From the NCBI GenBank assembly GCA_905178155.1, contig CAJINV010000007.1:2089151-2153150 (forward strand): a stretch of 64,000 nt of DNA. Direction: 5' to 3'. The notes under the pieces are model-generated. The model did no database searches. It had not been told where the DNA came from and was given only the letters and a program-made list of their open reading frames with translations. The translations under genes and the position numbers were made by a program. Positions 39,956-52,772 of the stretch are shown piece by piece (position 1 is the first letter of the stretch; every line of letters begins with the position of its first letter). This DNA comes from Amoebophrya sp. A120 (lineage: Eukaryota; Protista; Dinoflagellata).

Positions 39956-41365
39956 CCGTAGCCTACGGCGTAGGCGTAGCCTAGGGAGCGTAGCCTAAGA
40001 AAGGGCGCGCGGGCCGTAGCCTACGGACGGGCCGTAGCCTACGGAGCGTAGCCTACGGACGGGCCGTAGCCTACGGCCGTAGGGTAGCCTACGGACCGTA
40101 GCCTACGGGGCGTAGCCTACGGAGGGGGCGTAGCCTACGGCCGTAGCCTACGGCGTAGCCTACGGAGCATAGCCTACGGACGGGGCGTAGCCTACGGCCG
40201 TAGCCTACGGAGCGTAGCCTACGGGCGGGGCGTAGCCTACGGCCGTAGCCTACACCGTAGCCTACGGCCGTAGCCTACGGAGCGTAGCCTACGGACGGGG
40301 CGTAGCCTACGGCCGTAGCCTACACGGTAGCCTACGGCGTAGCCTACGGACGGGGCGTAGCCTACGGCCGTAGCCTACGGAGCGTAGCCTACGGGCGGGG
40401 CGTAGCCTACGGCCGTAGCCTACACCGTAGCCCACGCCGTAGCCTACGTACGGCCGTAGCCTACGGAGCGTAGCCTACGGAGCGTAGCCTACGGAGCGTA
40501 GCCTACGGAGCGTAGCCTACGGAGCGTAGCCTACGGAGCGTAGCCTACGGACAGGGCGTAGCCTACGGCCGTAGCCTACACCGTAGCCTACGGAGCGTAG
40601 CCTACGGACGGGGCGTAGCCTACGGAGCGTAACCTACGGACGGGGCGTAGCCTACGGCCGTAGCCTACACCGTAGCCTACGGCGTAGCCTACGGCGTAGC
40701 CTACGGCGTAGCCTACGGCGTAGCCTACGGCGTAGCCTACGGCCGTAGCCTACGGCCGTAGCCTACGGCCGTAGCCGACGGAGCGTAGCCTACGGACGGG
40801 GCGTAGCCTACGGCCGTAGCCTACGGCGTAGCCTACGGAGCGTAGCCTACGGACGGGGCGTAGCCTACGGCCGTAGCCTACGGACGGGGCGTAACCTACG
40901 GCCGTAGCCTACACCGTAGCCTACGGCGTAGCCTACGGAGCGTAGCCTACGGACGGGGCGTAGCCTACGGCCGTAGCCTACACCGTAGCCTACACCGTAC
41001 GGAGCGTATGTAACCTACGGACGGGGCGTAGCCTACGGCCGTAGCCTACGCCGTAGCCTACGGAGCGTAGCCTACGGACGGGGCGTAGCCTACGGCCGTA
41101 GCCTACGACAGTAGCCTACGGCCGTAGCCTACGGCCGTAGTCTACACCGTAGCCTACGGTGCGTAGCCTACGGACGGGGTGTAGCCTACGGCCGTAGCCT
41201 ACACCGTAGCCTACACCGTAGCCTACGGAGCGTAGCCTTACGGAGAGTAGCCTTACGGAGAGTAGCCTTACGGAGCGTAGCCTACGGAGCGTAGCCTACG
41301 GACGGGGCGTAGCCTACGGCCGTAGCCTACACCGTAGCCTACACCGTAGCCTACGGCGTAGCCAC
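39956..41365. repeat. Palindromic minisatellite array with core CGTAGCCTAC and 12-18-bp unit variants
   Basis: Roughly 90-100 copies (estimated) of the core, followed by GG, GGC, GGAG, AC or GGACGGGG. CCGTAG-C-CTACGG is self-complementary around the central C. Confidence 0.97.
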
Positions 41366-41596
41366 CTATCAAGCGTGTTCATGATGTTCGTAGGTTTTGG
41401 TTTGCTACCTGGCGAGACTTGCTCTTTTTTTTTGGCTGTAGTTTGTCGAGTTGCCGACGTTAACGCTTACCTTTACGTTTTCCACGATACAAAGTTAAAA
41501 AATTAAGCGCCATTATTTAGTGAACTAAACCACAAGCCTTGTGATGTTCATCTAAACAGGAGCAGTGGCAGCAGTGCCTCTGTTAATACTATTGCT

Positions 41597-44500
41597 CTAC
41601 GCCATAGTACTTGCCGAAGGATTGACACTGCCCCTCTCACCTTCCTCCATCAGATGACCACGACTCTGCGCAGCGGCGAGAGTGTCTCCCCCGACCGGTG
41701 TTGTAGTAGGACTAGCGCCCAAACCTCCTCCTACAATCCCACCCAATCCCGCCGCACTCGAATCCTCTGCGGCGGAACTATGCCCGTCCACTGCTGCGTT
41801 TCTCTGCCCTCCACCCTTTGCATTTTCCTCGTTCAGTGCCTCCTGGTGCCGCGCGAAGCGAAGGAAAACTTGTTCCAGCGTCGGTTGCCCGAGGCTATAG
41901 TCCTCGATGACGCGATGCCGGTTCTCGGTGCACCACCGGAACACGGACCCAATGCGGATTTTCGGGGGCAGGGAGAGGATCACTTTGGCGCGGGACTCGG
42001 AAAACGCGTGCTCCTCCAGAATCTTGATCCTGTTTTGCTGGTGGTCCTGTTGCTGCTGCTGCGGTTGTTTCTTCTTCAACATTATTTGTGCGTCGCGTGG
42101 GGCTGATGTCTCTTGATGATCTAGTTGCTCTGCTGCAGAACCTGCTGGGCGAACACTAGAGCTACTTTCTATGTTGATGAATCCATCAGAGGAAGCAGCA
42201 GGCTTTTGTTCCTGCGATTCATCACCAAAGAGAACCGTTTGATCGCCTACTTCCTTACCCTGTTCAAGATTCCTCGTGGCTTGCGTCAACGACTGCTGAA
42301 CCAGTGCGCCGATATTCGCAGCTGTGACAATCGTGCCTCTTCCTGTACTCGTCCTGCTCTGTGTTTTATTCATCAGACTTTCGCTTGTTGTGTTGATGGC
42401 CCTAGAAGTTGTAGAAGTTGATGGCAGCAAATTGATTTTCGGTTCCTGGTTTATTTGCGAAGAACTTTTATGTTTATCTGGACTGAAGTCTAACCTAACC
42501 GGGCTGTCTGCGCTGTTCATAAAGTCCACTGCTGTTGACGACGCAGCTGCTGCCGGAGTGGAATCTTGATCTTTTTCATCGCCTTCTATGTGTCGTCCAT
42601 GGTGCGCTTGTGTAGTACTACTGTCCGCCGGTGCGAAGACGTTGTCTGCATCAGCTTTCGCCAACTCCTGATCTTCCATAAACCCTCCTTCTAAGGATGT
42701 GAACAGGAATCCGCACTCTTCCGCCGGTTTTCCGACGCAATTCGTCAAGTCCAGCAGCAATTCCAAGTGGTACCCACTCCCGTACTTGTTTTTGATGTGC
42801 AACGTGGACCCTAGGCACCGCAACTTCCCGTTGACCAGGATCCCGACCTTGCTGCACAGCGCGTCGGCTTCCTCCATGCTGTGGGTGGTCAAAATCATGG
42901 TCTGCTCACTGCTCCTGGCGTGAATCCGGTTCCACAGTAATCTCTTCGCCATCGCGTCCACACCGCAGGAGGGCTCGTCCAAATACAGCAACTCCGCGCC
43001 AGAGAGGAGGGTGCATGCAAGGGAGAGCTTCCGCTTCATTCCGCCACTGTACCCAAAAACGTTTTTATCCGCGTCTTCGGGCTGCAGACCGACCTGGCAA
43101 AGTGCTTGGCTGATAAGACGCTCGCCCGGGGTCTTGTCGAGCTCTTCTTCTTCAGAAGCTGTGCTCGTTGATGTTGTTGGGTCTTCATTCACACCGGTGC
43201 CAGAAGTCACAGTTGCTGCATGAGCTTGGTCCTCATTGTGCCAGTACGTCCCACACGCTTTCGCAAAAAAACGTAGATGCTCTCGACCGGTCAAGTGGTC
43301 CCAAAGTGCGTCAAACTGGGGGACCAGGCCCATTTTTTGGTAGATTTTCGGCAGGTCCTTGCGAATGTCAACACGTTCGTAGGGGGACGAGGAGGAGTTG
43401 TTCTCAGCTGTGGGAAAGTGAGAAGTTTCAGTTTCAGGTTGTTCTCGTGCCCGCTGGTTCTCACTTACCACCCTGTGAAGGTGCTCACCAGCAAGAACAG
43501 CGGCCTGTTCATCAGAGGCGGCGTTTCCTGGTCCGTCCGACCTCCTTACCTTCACAAAGGCAGTCCCGTCCGTGGGCGGTCGCAGTTCCCCAGTGAGCAA
43601 GGACAGCAGAGTGGTTTTCCCGGCGCCGTTTGGGCCGAGAAGCCCAAAACACTCGCCCTGCTTGATGTTCAAACTAATTCCGTCCACTGCGTAGAGCCAG
43701 TTGGCTTCTTCGGACTCCCGCACGCTACGAATGGCGGAAGGGGTAATGGTCGTCAAATTGTTCAGCATGCGCTTCAAGACGCTGTTTCTGTCCGCGCGGG
43801 GGAACCTGTGCCGGACCCCTTCTATCCGGATTGCCGCTGTCGGATCTGTATTCCGTGCAAAAGTTGTACCTTCGCACTCGAACAACTCTGACTCTGCAAC
43901 GCAGTGAAGTGCGAAAATCATACATAGAAATTGAAATAGATTTTTGTCTTTTCTTCTTTTTGTTCGCTAAAACAGCATGAGAATTATCAGAAGAACGTCA
44001 AAGGTCCAGCAAAAAATTCGCCCTGTTTTCGCGTTCACCTCCCTGCATAGAAAATTATGTGACGTCGCAAGAGCTTGTTAAACTACCGCTACTAGCGGTA
44101 GCGCCGAGCAGGGAAGCTAATAAATACAGCTTTTGCAATGCATAATCTGGATTCGCCGCATCATAGATGACATCGTCGTCGGGCTCCGCTAAAATGTTCT
44201 TTGCGCTTCCTCGTCCGCCAGCCGTTTCTGAGTGAGATTGGTCCGCCTCAGCATTACCATCCGGCACAACCGCACGCACCGGCTCGAAGACGAGCGAGCA
44301 TCTGTTCCTAAGTTGATACGCGGAGGCGATGTGGGCCTGCCGAGCTTCGCGAGCTTGCCGCCGCTGCTCATAGCGCATGCGTCGTGCCAGTTGCTCCGCA
44401 GTGTGTTCGTCCCGCCGGTCTTGTGCTGCTGAACTAGGGCGAGGACTGTCTGTAGAAGTCCCTCCTGAAGTAGATCCAGGCGCAGCTCCTGTTGAAGCTG

Positions 44501-47500
44501 ACGGGCAGCAAATCCGCTCGCAGCAGCGTTTGCAGATGGCAAACAGGCAGCAGCTGCAGCCGTAGACGACAGAGAGCAGACAGCAACTGCACATCCAGAA
44601 CAAACTTCCGCTCCCGCCAACGCCCGCGTTCGGGTCGGAGGACTTCGTCACCGACTCGCGCGATTCGAAGTAGAGCAACAAGCCCCCGTAGAAAAAGATC
44701 TGAAAAATCGCACCGTACAGGCCGATCGCGACCATGTTCACCGGATTCAGCCACTCTTCCACGGTGTTTTCCACTTTTTTCTGGACCAAAGTGTCCGTGA
44801 AGGATCTCACATACGCCGGAATTTGCGTCGTCAAGACCCGCTTCGCGTGCCGGGTCACCACCGGCGCGGCGGTTACGAACCTCCGGACCATTCGCGCCGC
44901 GAAGGGGGACGTCTCCCGGACGTTCTCGAGCCAACGGGACTGCATAACGTCATCGCCCCAATCCTTCACAGCCTTCACGTTCAAAAGCCGCTTCACGCCC
45001 GGGACCGAAAAGAGCGAGGGCTTGGGCTTATTCTTGTTGTCCGCATAGTTTTGTTCTTTTCTACTTCGCGCTTTCTTCTGGTGCGACCCGGGGAGAAGCT
45101 TCTCCGCCGATTGAGATTTATTCTTGCTGTCCTTGCTTTCTGGTCTTTTGCTCCAGACTTTGTGCTTTTTCTGATACCGGGTTTTCACAGCCTTGTCTTT
45201 TCTCTTCACCACCATGCGGTAGCCAGATTCTTGCTCCTGAACATCGTTGTTAGTTACACTTTGCTCGTCGTCGAAGTCGTTCCTTTCAGGCCCTTGGCCT
45301 TGTTGTGGAAAGTTCGAATCTACATGATCGCCTGAAGATTGTTCTTGCGCAAGTTGTTCCGGCTGTCCTCCGGTTCGCATTTGCTGCGCATCAAGATCTG
45401 AAGTTGATGCGCTATCTCCTTCGATCTTCCCCGCTGTCAAACTAGCTTCGACATCTTCGTCCCTTTGTTCTTCCAGCGCTTTCTGAAGGGCCATAAAGGA
45501 GCTGACGGCTTCCGCATCTTCGGCTGGTGGACCGTCCTCCTCCACATCAAATCGACTATCCGGCTCTTGATCTCGAACTAGGTCTCCTACTTCTCCCGTT
45601 TGGAAATAGAAGTGTTCCTCGTCTTGTTCATCTTCGTCTTGTACTGTCTGGCTCGAACCCGAGGCGGACGCAGTAGTAGAGGAGAACCACTCCCCCGCGC
45701 CGACAAGGGTTTCGCTCCAATACTGCCCGAACACCGGTTTCAAGTTGTGCTTCAAGTCTTCTTTCAAGGAAATGAACTCCGAACTGAGCGGATCGTACAC
45801 GCCTTCCTTCAGGTTGATCGCGTTCAACTTTTCCGGGTCGATCTGCTTCGGCACCCCGTAGTCGTCCACAACGTTCGCGAGTCCCGACTTCATCAGGTGC
45901 GTCGCCGTGAACCAGGACATCTGCAGCATCGTCCCCGACATGGCGTAGACCGGGAGAAAGAAGGAGCACGCGACGTGGAGCCCCTTGGCGATGACCACCT
46001 TTTGCTCGTTCCCCGGCAAGACGCCAACGAGGAGAAGTAACGCGACGATGGAAACGGGGACGAGGTTGGTCAGGGAAAGCAACAGCGGGATCACCTTCAG
46101 CGCCGTCTCCTGGCGGCGAAAGAAGGCGGAAACCGAGTAGGCCCAGAGCAGCATCGCTGCGGTTGCGGTGAAGGCGATGCCGTAGAGGAGAAACAGCGTT
46201 ACGGGGATGCAGTCGAAAACCAAGGGAATTTTCATCTCCTCCGCCTTCGTACTGCTGTACTCCGAGGCGCCGCTTGCGGAGCCCAGCACGGAACCGAAGA
46301 CCTGACTCGCTGTGTCGTGAAAATCTTGGCCCTCCAGGGAGTTCAACATGTTTTGGAAACTGCTCAAACTCGCTTCCACGATGGACGTCGTCGTTGTCGT
46401 CGTGGAGGTTGTAGTCGTCGTGGTTAACAGAAGACTCTCTGGGTCCTTTATCCTGTTCTTCCAATCTCGGAGTTGCGACCGGGCGGCCCCCACCAAGCGA
46501 CTTGGACCTTGGAGAAGGGTTTGATAAAGGGATAAATTCGCTGTTCCTGTTGATGTTCCGTCCCCACCGGAACTATCGACGAAGGGCTGCAGGTGTGTGA
46601 CTTGGATGAAGATCGGAATGCAGAGAACCCCGGCGAGGAGAATCAAATAATGGCTCAGAAAGGTCCCGGTCCAAAAGGCGGACGGGGATAAGCCGTGGGC
46701 GACGACGAGGTGCTTCACGCGTTTCGCCCGGTCCTGCACGATCTGCGCCACGAAAGAAACGAGGAGCTGCGCGGACAAGGGGCCCAGCGCCAGAACCAAC
46801 ACCAGGATTTTCGCGATGGGGTTATTGCTGTCCGTGGCGACGCCGAGTCTGAAAACCATGAAAATGATCTGAATCACCAGGGGGTAAACGAACTGCCCCA
46901 GCGACCCGCGCCGGTTGTTCACAAACAATCGCATCCGCATGGTCCAGACGGCGAGAACCTGTTGTCTCCAGCGGAAAGAGCGTTTCAAATGCGGTAATGG
47001 TCGTGTATTACTTGTGCGGTGTTGTTGAGCGAGATTCGGATTCCTGGTTGTGTGGGAGTGGGATGGTCTCGTGGGCGCGTGGCTGGTTTGCAGGTCTCCT
47101 TCTGCAGCGACTTGTGGTGGTAGTAAGCTCGGATCAACATCAGCATTCAAGGGGACTTCTGCAACTCCACCGTCGTGGGACGACTGTGACGTAACTTGCG
47201 CTGCAGTGCCGCTAGCCCCGGGACCAGGTTGAGCAGCTTGGTCAACGTCAACGGCAGCCGCCACTGCGTGCTCGTCCTCGCCGAGCCTGACAAAAACTTC
47301 TTCCAAGCTGGTCATTTCTACAGCGAAGTCTTGTAACCGCAAGGTTTTCCGATACTGCTCCAGAAAATCCAGCAATGGTGGCAGTTTGTCCACCTGGTCC
47401 CAGGGAATCAAATACGCGTCTCTGACAATATCCCCGGCGCCAATCGCGCGCATCCCTCGGGAAACCAGTTCCGCTGGTTGCAAATTCAAAAAGTCGCACA

Positions 47501-50500
47501 AAACGGCCTGCACGCGGGAAAGACTCTGCTCGATGTGCTTCAGCGGGTTGGATTTTGATTTGGAAGGCTGTCTTGAGGTCTTGCTGGCATCTGCGCTGTT
47601 CGCTGTTCCGGCGGTTTTCGAGCTTGAAGAGGATGACGGCGACGAGCCGACAGCGACCCCAGCCACATGATTCGTGAACGACACAGACGCTGAAGCCTGC
47701 GTGGAGGTACCTCCAAAGGAGTACTCGGATTTTGGTGTCGTTTCAACATCGTCTTGCAGAATATTAAGCCGTCCTTCGTCTGCCAAAAGCACCTCTACAG
47801 TGAGCCAGTAGCCACAGCCAAACCTCCTTTTCAAGTCATGGCTGGTCCCGATCGCCTTCACTTGCCCCTTTGCTAGGACCACTTTTCGGTCTGCGAGGCA
47901 GTCCGCCTCCTCGAGATAGTGGGTGGAAAAGACGATGCTTCTCTTCTCTTCATTCGCCATCTCCTTCAGCAACACCCACAATTCCCGTCTGGACTGCGGG
48001 TCCATACCGCTGGTGGGCTCGTCGAGAATACACAAATCCGCGGTGCCAATCAGTGCCGTAGCGACCCAGAGCCGCCGCTTCTGTCCGCCGGACAGCTCGC
48101 AACAACGCGCGTCCATCTTGGGCAGGAGACCCAGGGCCTTCGCGTATTTCTTCACCTGGTTGTGTTGATGTCATAGTGTAGTTTTAGTACTTTTTGTTTT
48201 CTTTTTGCACGATAAAAATGTGAAGGATTAGCGCGAGCATTCTGCATCGAAAGCGCATTCAGCTGCAACCCGACCTCGGTTCGTTGCGGTTAGTACCTCG
48301 TAACGCGAAATAAGCTATCATCAACAAAAAACACACTGTATACCAGCTGTCCGACGTTTCTCTGGCCCTGCGCGGCGCCGAAGAAGGTCAAGTGCTGCCT
48401 CACCGTGAATTCCGGCCACGTGGGGTTGTCTTGCGGGCAGATGGAACAGTGCCTCCTCACACCTTCCAAGTCGTCCGCAACACTGTACCCCGCGACGGTC
48501 GCATCCCCGGAGTCCGCCCGGAGTAGTATGAAATGCAAAAATGTCTGGGTCTGGAAGAGTGCAAGTTTGTCATGCTTGTCTGGCATGACTCTTAAACCTG
48601 TCACACACGTTACCCAAGAGCTCCACTTTGCTGTCATGCAAAAACGCAGTTTGTCATGCAGAATAGGCAACACCTAGAAGCTCAAAAGCTTGTCATGCTG
48701 AGCCAGCACTTGAGGCCTCTTTATGATACGCCGCCCAGCATGACAAATTTCTAGACCCAGACATTTTTACAATCCATAAGTAGCCCGATCAAGCAATTCA
48801 CCAATGTCGTTTTCCCCGCGCCGTTGTGTCCCAGTAAGGCAAAAATCTCACCCTTGTGTACGGTGAAAGAAACCTTTATGGATGTGTCAGGATCGAAATC
48901 AACAAAATCGAAATAATTTGTGATGCATAAAATGGATACCAGTTGGAGCCTAGTTTCCAAGTGGTGCATGACAAATTTCGGGAGCAACAAAATCCAGCCT
49001 GTCATGCTGTTTCGGAAAAGAAGACTGCTCCTGTCATGCTACTCCGGCAGCGCATCGCCTTCCCTAAACAGGCTTGCAATCGGTCTCATTTGCCTGCTCC
49101 CCAATACAGGCCATATGTGCCCTACATTTTATGCATTACAAATTTTTCGATTTTGTCAATTTCGATCCTGACACTCCCATAACCTTGTCCAAAGCGGGCG
49201 CTGCCATGGAATCGAAGGACTTTTGCAGGTTCTTGATCTCTATCGAATGCAAAAATGTCTACTGGGACTGGAACATTCTAAACTTGTGATGCTGTCGCTG
49301 GATTCTAAAAACATTTGTATTGCATGACCAGCAAGAGGACTCCAGTTTGTGCTACGCGGAGAGGGCATTTCTCATGCGGTAGAGGTATCGCAATGCCCTC
49401 TAAAAATCAGTGATGCTACGGCATGCATCACAGACGTCATGGCTCATGGAAAATATGCATGACAAATCTAGAAATCTTCCAGACCCAGACATTTTTGCAT
49501 TTGATAATCTCCAGAATCGCGGGCGCCGAGGTTGTCGTTGCGCTGGAGGACAGACCGGAACCAGAACTTCTACCCGACACGGATGAACCTGCAGCGCCTG
49601 TTGCGGCAGTACTCGTTGCAGTTGTGCCTGTTACCATCGGAGCAGGTTGTAACAAATTTTGTTGTACACCAACCCCGTTAGCGTCACCAACACGTTCAGA
49701 TCCTCCACCCCAACTTAACCTTCGGCACAAAAAATTTACGCAGCTCGCGTACATACTGCCGAACCGCAACACGTCGAAAAAGTTTTTTTTCCTTGCGCCG
49801 TACTCTCCTTGCCAGCGATTGTCCACGAAAATCGCCATCCGGTAGTAGAAGAAGACAGACAAGGTGAGGGAAAAGAGCAACCAGGAATAGGGCAGCGTCC
49901 CGGGTGGCTCGGAGTCCAACACCTCCCAAAATCCGTCGTTGCCAAAGGCCAGCGGGACGCCGGCGGTGATGATCTCGTTCTTTGAAGAATCTGTAGTTGG
50001 CAATGGAGTTCTTGCAGGAGTTCCGCTTCCTTCAGTTGATGTTGACCACGACGTTGCATTACTTTTTCTACCGTGCGCCCGCGCAATCGCGGATTCGGCG
50101 GCGATTTTTCCCTCTCTCAGGAAGTCGGATACGTGCTTCACCGTGTTCTGCACCGGCTGGCTGTTCCACCGGTCGATGAGGTCCTGCGGGGTTGGGAATC
50201 TCCCGGACGCCGCCATCTGTTCGTTCAAAGACCAAAGCTGTTCCTGCACGGTGTCGACCACCGGGAGAAACGCGGCGCCCGCCGTGGGGCTGCACAACCT
50301 CGACAAGATGTGCGAGAAGCAGAAGTTCGGGAGGAAGACGCAGTTGAAAACAGCGAAAACGAAACCCATCTGCTCGAAGCCCAAGGCGTCGACGATGTCC
50401 TTTTGGTTCAGCGTTACCGTGGTCGAAATCCCCTGGGCCAGCATCAGGCTCGCGGAAGCTGCGATAGATGCGGATCGCGCCCGGTCGAACACCACGGACA

Positions 50501-51171
50501 ACACGCAGGCGAAGCCGATCAACGCGGCGTACTGCCCCGTGAAGACGAAGAAGACCAGAAGCAGATTCGAGGCCTGAAACAAACTGGTGCAGTACGCGAG
50601 CACGGCCATGAGGACCAGGACGCACAGGGCCGCGTAGGAACCGTAGCACAGCAGCCACCCGAGCCAGTAGTTCTGGGGTGTGTTGTATGCATTGCAAAAG
50701 TAAAAGCGTCGTACGTACGTATGAATCGCATGACAAATTTTATTGCCAAGAGCAAAAATGGAATCCGAATTTGCCATGCTGGAAAAGGTAGACGCAGATA
50801 TCTGTCAACATGCTGCATGACGGCGATTTATCCGAGTACGAGACTTTTTCTTTTGCAAAGGATATGATGCCGTAGATGTGCATGACTTCCTTCATTTTCG
50901 TCTCCTTCTCCCCGACAATGTCCACGACGATGCACTGCACCATGGAGAACATCGCAAAAACGAGGTAGACCGGGAGCAAAACGCTGAGCTGGTCCAAAAC
51001 CATGGCATTCGTCATTTTGTAAATCGCAACAATCGGCAGGCAGGAAAAAACGATGGACACGAGGAGGGTCCGAATCCGTTTCCGCTCCCACCCGAGAAAG
51101 AGATTCTTCTGGTACAGAACGACCTGCTGCCTGCCGAAGCAGGCGAGACGCTCCACGAGGGCTACTTGCAT
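41597..51171 (-). CDS. ABCA: Full-size ABC transporter, subfamily A (~2687 aa; 5 introners and one GT-AG intron at 48156-48343)
   Basis: NBD1 GEIFALLGHNGAGKTT, LSGGQKRRL, ILDEPTSGMD. NBD2 GECFGLLGPNGAGKTT, YSGGMKRKL, LDEPSCG. Also EKETKMKEVM, TSLEEVF and TLEQVF. 9575-1511=8064 nt, in frame. Confidence 0.93.
43849..44144. mobile_element. Introner, family B-like (296 bp)
   Basis: Ends TATTCCGTGCAAAAGTTGTA ... TACAGCTTTTGCAATGCATA. Perfect repeat ATCTG. Join AANPD-PTAAIRIEGV. Confidence 0.88.
48527..48778. mobile_element. Introner, family A (252 bp), an inverted copy of 1909-2160
   Basis: Ends TATGAAATGCAAAAATGTCTGGGTCTGGAA ... CTAGACCCAGACATTTTTACAATCCATA. Perfect repeat AGTAG. Join GKTTLVNCLIGLL-RADSG restores the ABCA post-Walker-A spacing. 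Confidence 0.95.
48877..49181. mobile_element. Introner with ~58-bp TIR (305 bp)
   Basis: Left end TATGGATGTGTCAGGATCGAAATCAACAAAATCGAAA...; its near reverse complement ends ...GATCCTGACACTCCCATA. Perfect repeat ACCTT. Join ALDKV-SFTVHKGEIF. Confidence 0.95.
49241..49506. mobile_element. Introner, family A (266 bp)
   Basis: Ends TATCGAATGCAAAAATGTCT ... AGACCCAGACATTTTTGCATTTGATA. Perfect repeat ATCTC. Join PAILEI-KNLQKSF. Confidence 0.93.
50686..50864. mobile_element. Introner, family B (179 bp)
   Basis: Ends TATGCATTGCAAAAG ... CTTTTGCAAAGGATA. Repeat TGTTG/TGATG. Join MHIYGI-TPQNYWLGW matches the ABCA motif. Confidence 0.9.
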
Positions 51172-51401
51172 GGTCGTTTTTACTGGATTGTTTGTTTAGT
51201 ATTCTTGTTTGCTTTTTTCCTGTGCGCTTTGTAGCTACTGCGGAAGATGATGTTGACAAGACGCAGTTGACAAGTCGTTCATCTCGTCACCTCGAGGTCC
51301 TGATGCCGCTTCGATTCTCCTGAGGCGCGTTGTATCTACTTCCGGTTGCAGTTTCTTCTCCGTCGTTCTCGTTGTAACAAGTCCGGATGAAAAATAAACT
51401 T

Positions 51402-51734
51402 CTATTCAGTACTGGACCCGCTGCTGCTCGAGTCTCCGTCGTTGTCCTGCTCACCTAACTCGCCTGTCCCCGCGGTCGGGGCCTTTGGCTTCGCGGGCTT
51501 GTCCTTCCCCGCTCCAGAGTCCTCCCCAGTGAAGGTGGATTTCATCGCGTAGAAAACTCCGATTTCCATCAGCAAAAACAGCGCACAAGTAGCCATGACG
51601 GTGAAGAAAAACGAGTTCGCCCAATTTGCGGTCGCAATGACGGTGGTATCGCCGAGCCCGCCGCCACCTTCGGGGGTCGTGGTGCTATTCTCTGTAGCGG
51701 CCGCATCTGCAGGCGTCGAGGCGGGAGTGGCCAT
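51402..51734 (-). CDS. Small single-TM hypothetical protein (110 aa)
   Basis: ATG-to-stop ORF with GC-rich coding style and a hydrophobic stretch FFFTVMATCALFLLMEIGVFYAM. Confidence 0.55.
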   Translation of the reverse strand: MATPASTPADAAATENSTTTPEGGGGLGDTTVIATANWANSFFFTVMATCALFLLMEIGVFYAMKSTFTGEDSGAGKDKPAKPKAPTAGTGELGEQDNDGDSSSSGSSTE

Positions 51735-52772
51735 AGGACGGGGTCTTTAAACCTTTTAATATTTTAGCAAAATGACAGATGTAAATAGTACGGAATCAAA
51801 TTTGAAACAAAACACAATAGATTCGAAAAGAAAAGAGTAAGAGAACAAGCTAGCTACAATCAGAACAAGAACGGAGGTGATTGTTTATTTATCGCTTGTG
51901 CGACTCACCTTTTTCAACGAGGGATCAAACAGTACAGGTGAATACGATCCGCACGAGCCTCTCCTTGCGGCAAACGAGGAGGACAAAGGAGATTTTTCCT
52001 TGTTGATCTTTGACCTCTTGTTTCTCTCGTCCCACGACTCGTCTTATTAATCGCAGCTGTTAGTTTATACATACACTCCCTCGTATTACTTAAAAATCTT
52101 CTCGGCATCAACGAGAACGAAGACGAACAGGTGGCAGATGTGGAGCGACATCTTCACAGGTCGACCAGATAACATCGACTAGAGTGCAACATCTCGCCTC
52201 TTCTATCTTTGATGTCAGTAGCCCCACCCTAAAAGCCAGCATATTGTACAAGGAGGGACTTGAAAACCAAAATTCTTTTACGAACAGGGATACTAAAGCC
52301 AGACCGTTTATTGAGTTTCGGTTCAGTTACAAACTGTCTGATTGAAGCCCGCTCAGAAGATAGCACAACACGTCTCCGTCTCGCTATGTGCGAAAATAAG
52401 GACGGCAATCAACTAGTGGGAGGTGGTCTGACACCACTTTCTTCCGAGCCTTTGTACTTGTAGGTCAGAAGTTTTGCCGCGTAGATACCTCCGCTAGTTG
52501 TATTGCGCTTTTTCTTGTCGTCCTCGTCCAGCACTTCTTCTACGTCGAGGCTGTCCTCTGTCTAAAGCGCAATCACAAATCATACAAAAGAAAGCTGCTA
52601 GCTCCAGCACCTCTGTAGGAAAGAACGGTGCGTTCTTGTTTGGCTTCTTCAGGTTAAATGGAAAGTAAATCAGGTGGCGTGCTGCTGTAAAGATGTGCAA
52701 CTGTTCATGAGAGGACTCAGGTTCGATTCCATGTCGTCGGCCAACGCGACTGCGCCTTCCGGCAGATGATCT

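Noticed and set aside
39956-41365. CRISPR array or coding repeat
   Set aside because: The linkers are 2-8 nt and reused rather than unique spacers, there are no cas genes, the context is eukaryotic, and TAG stops recur in shifting frames.
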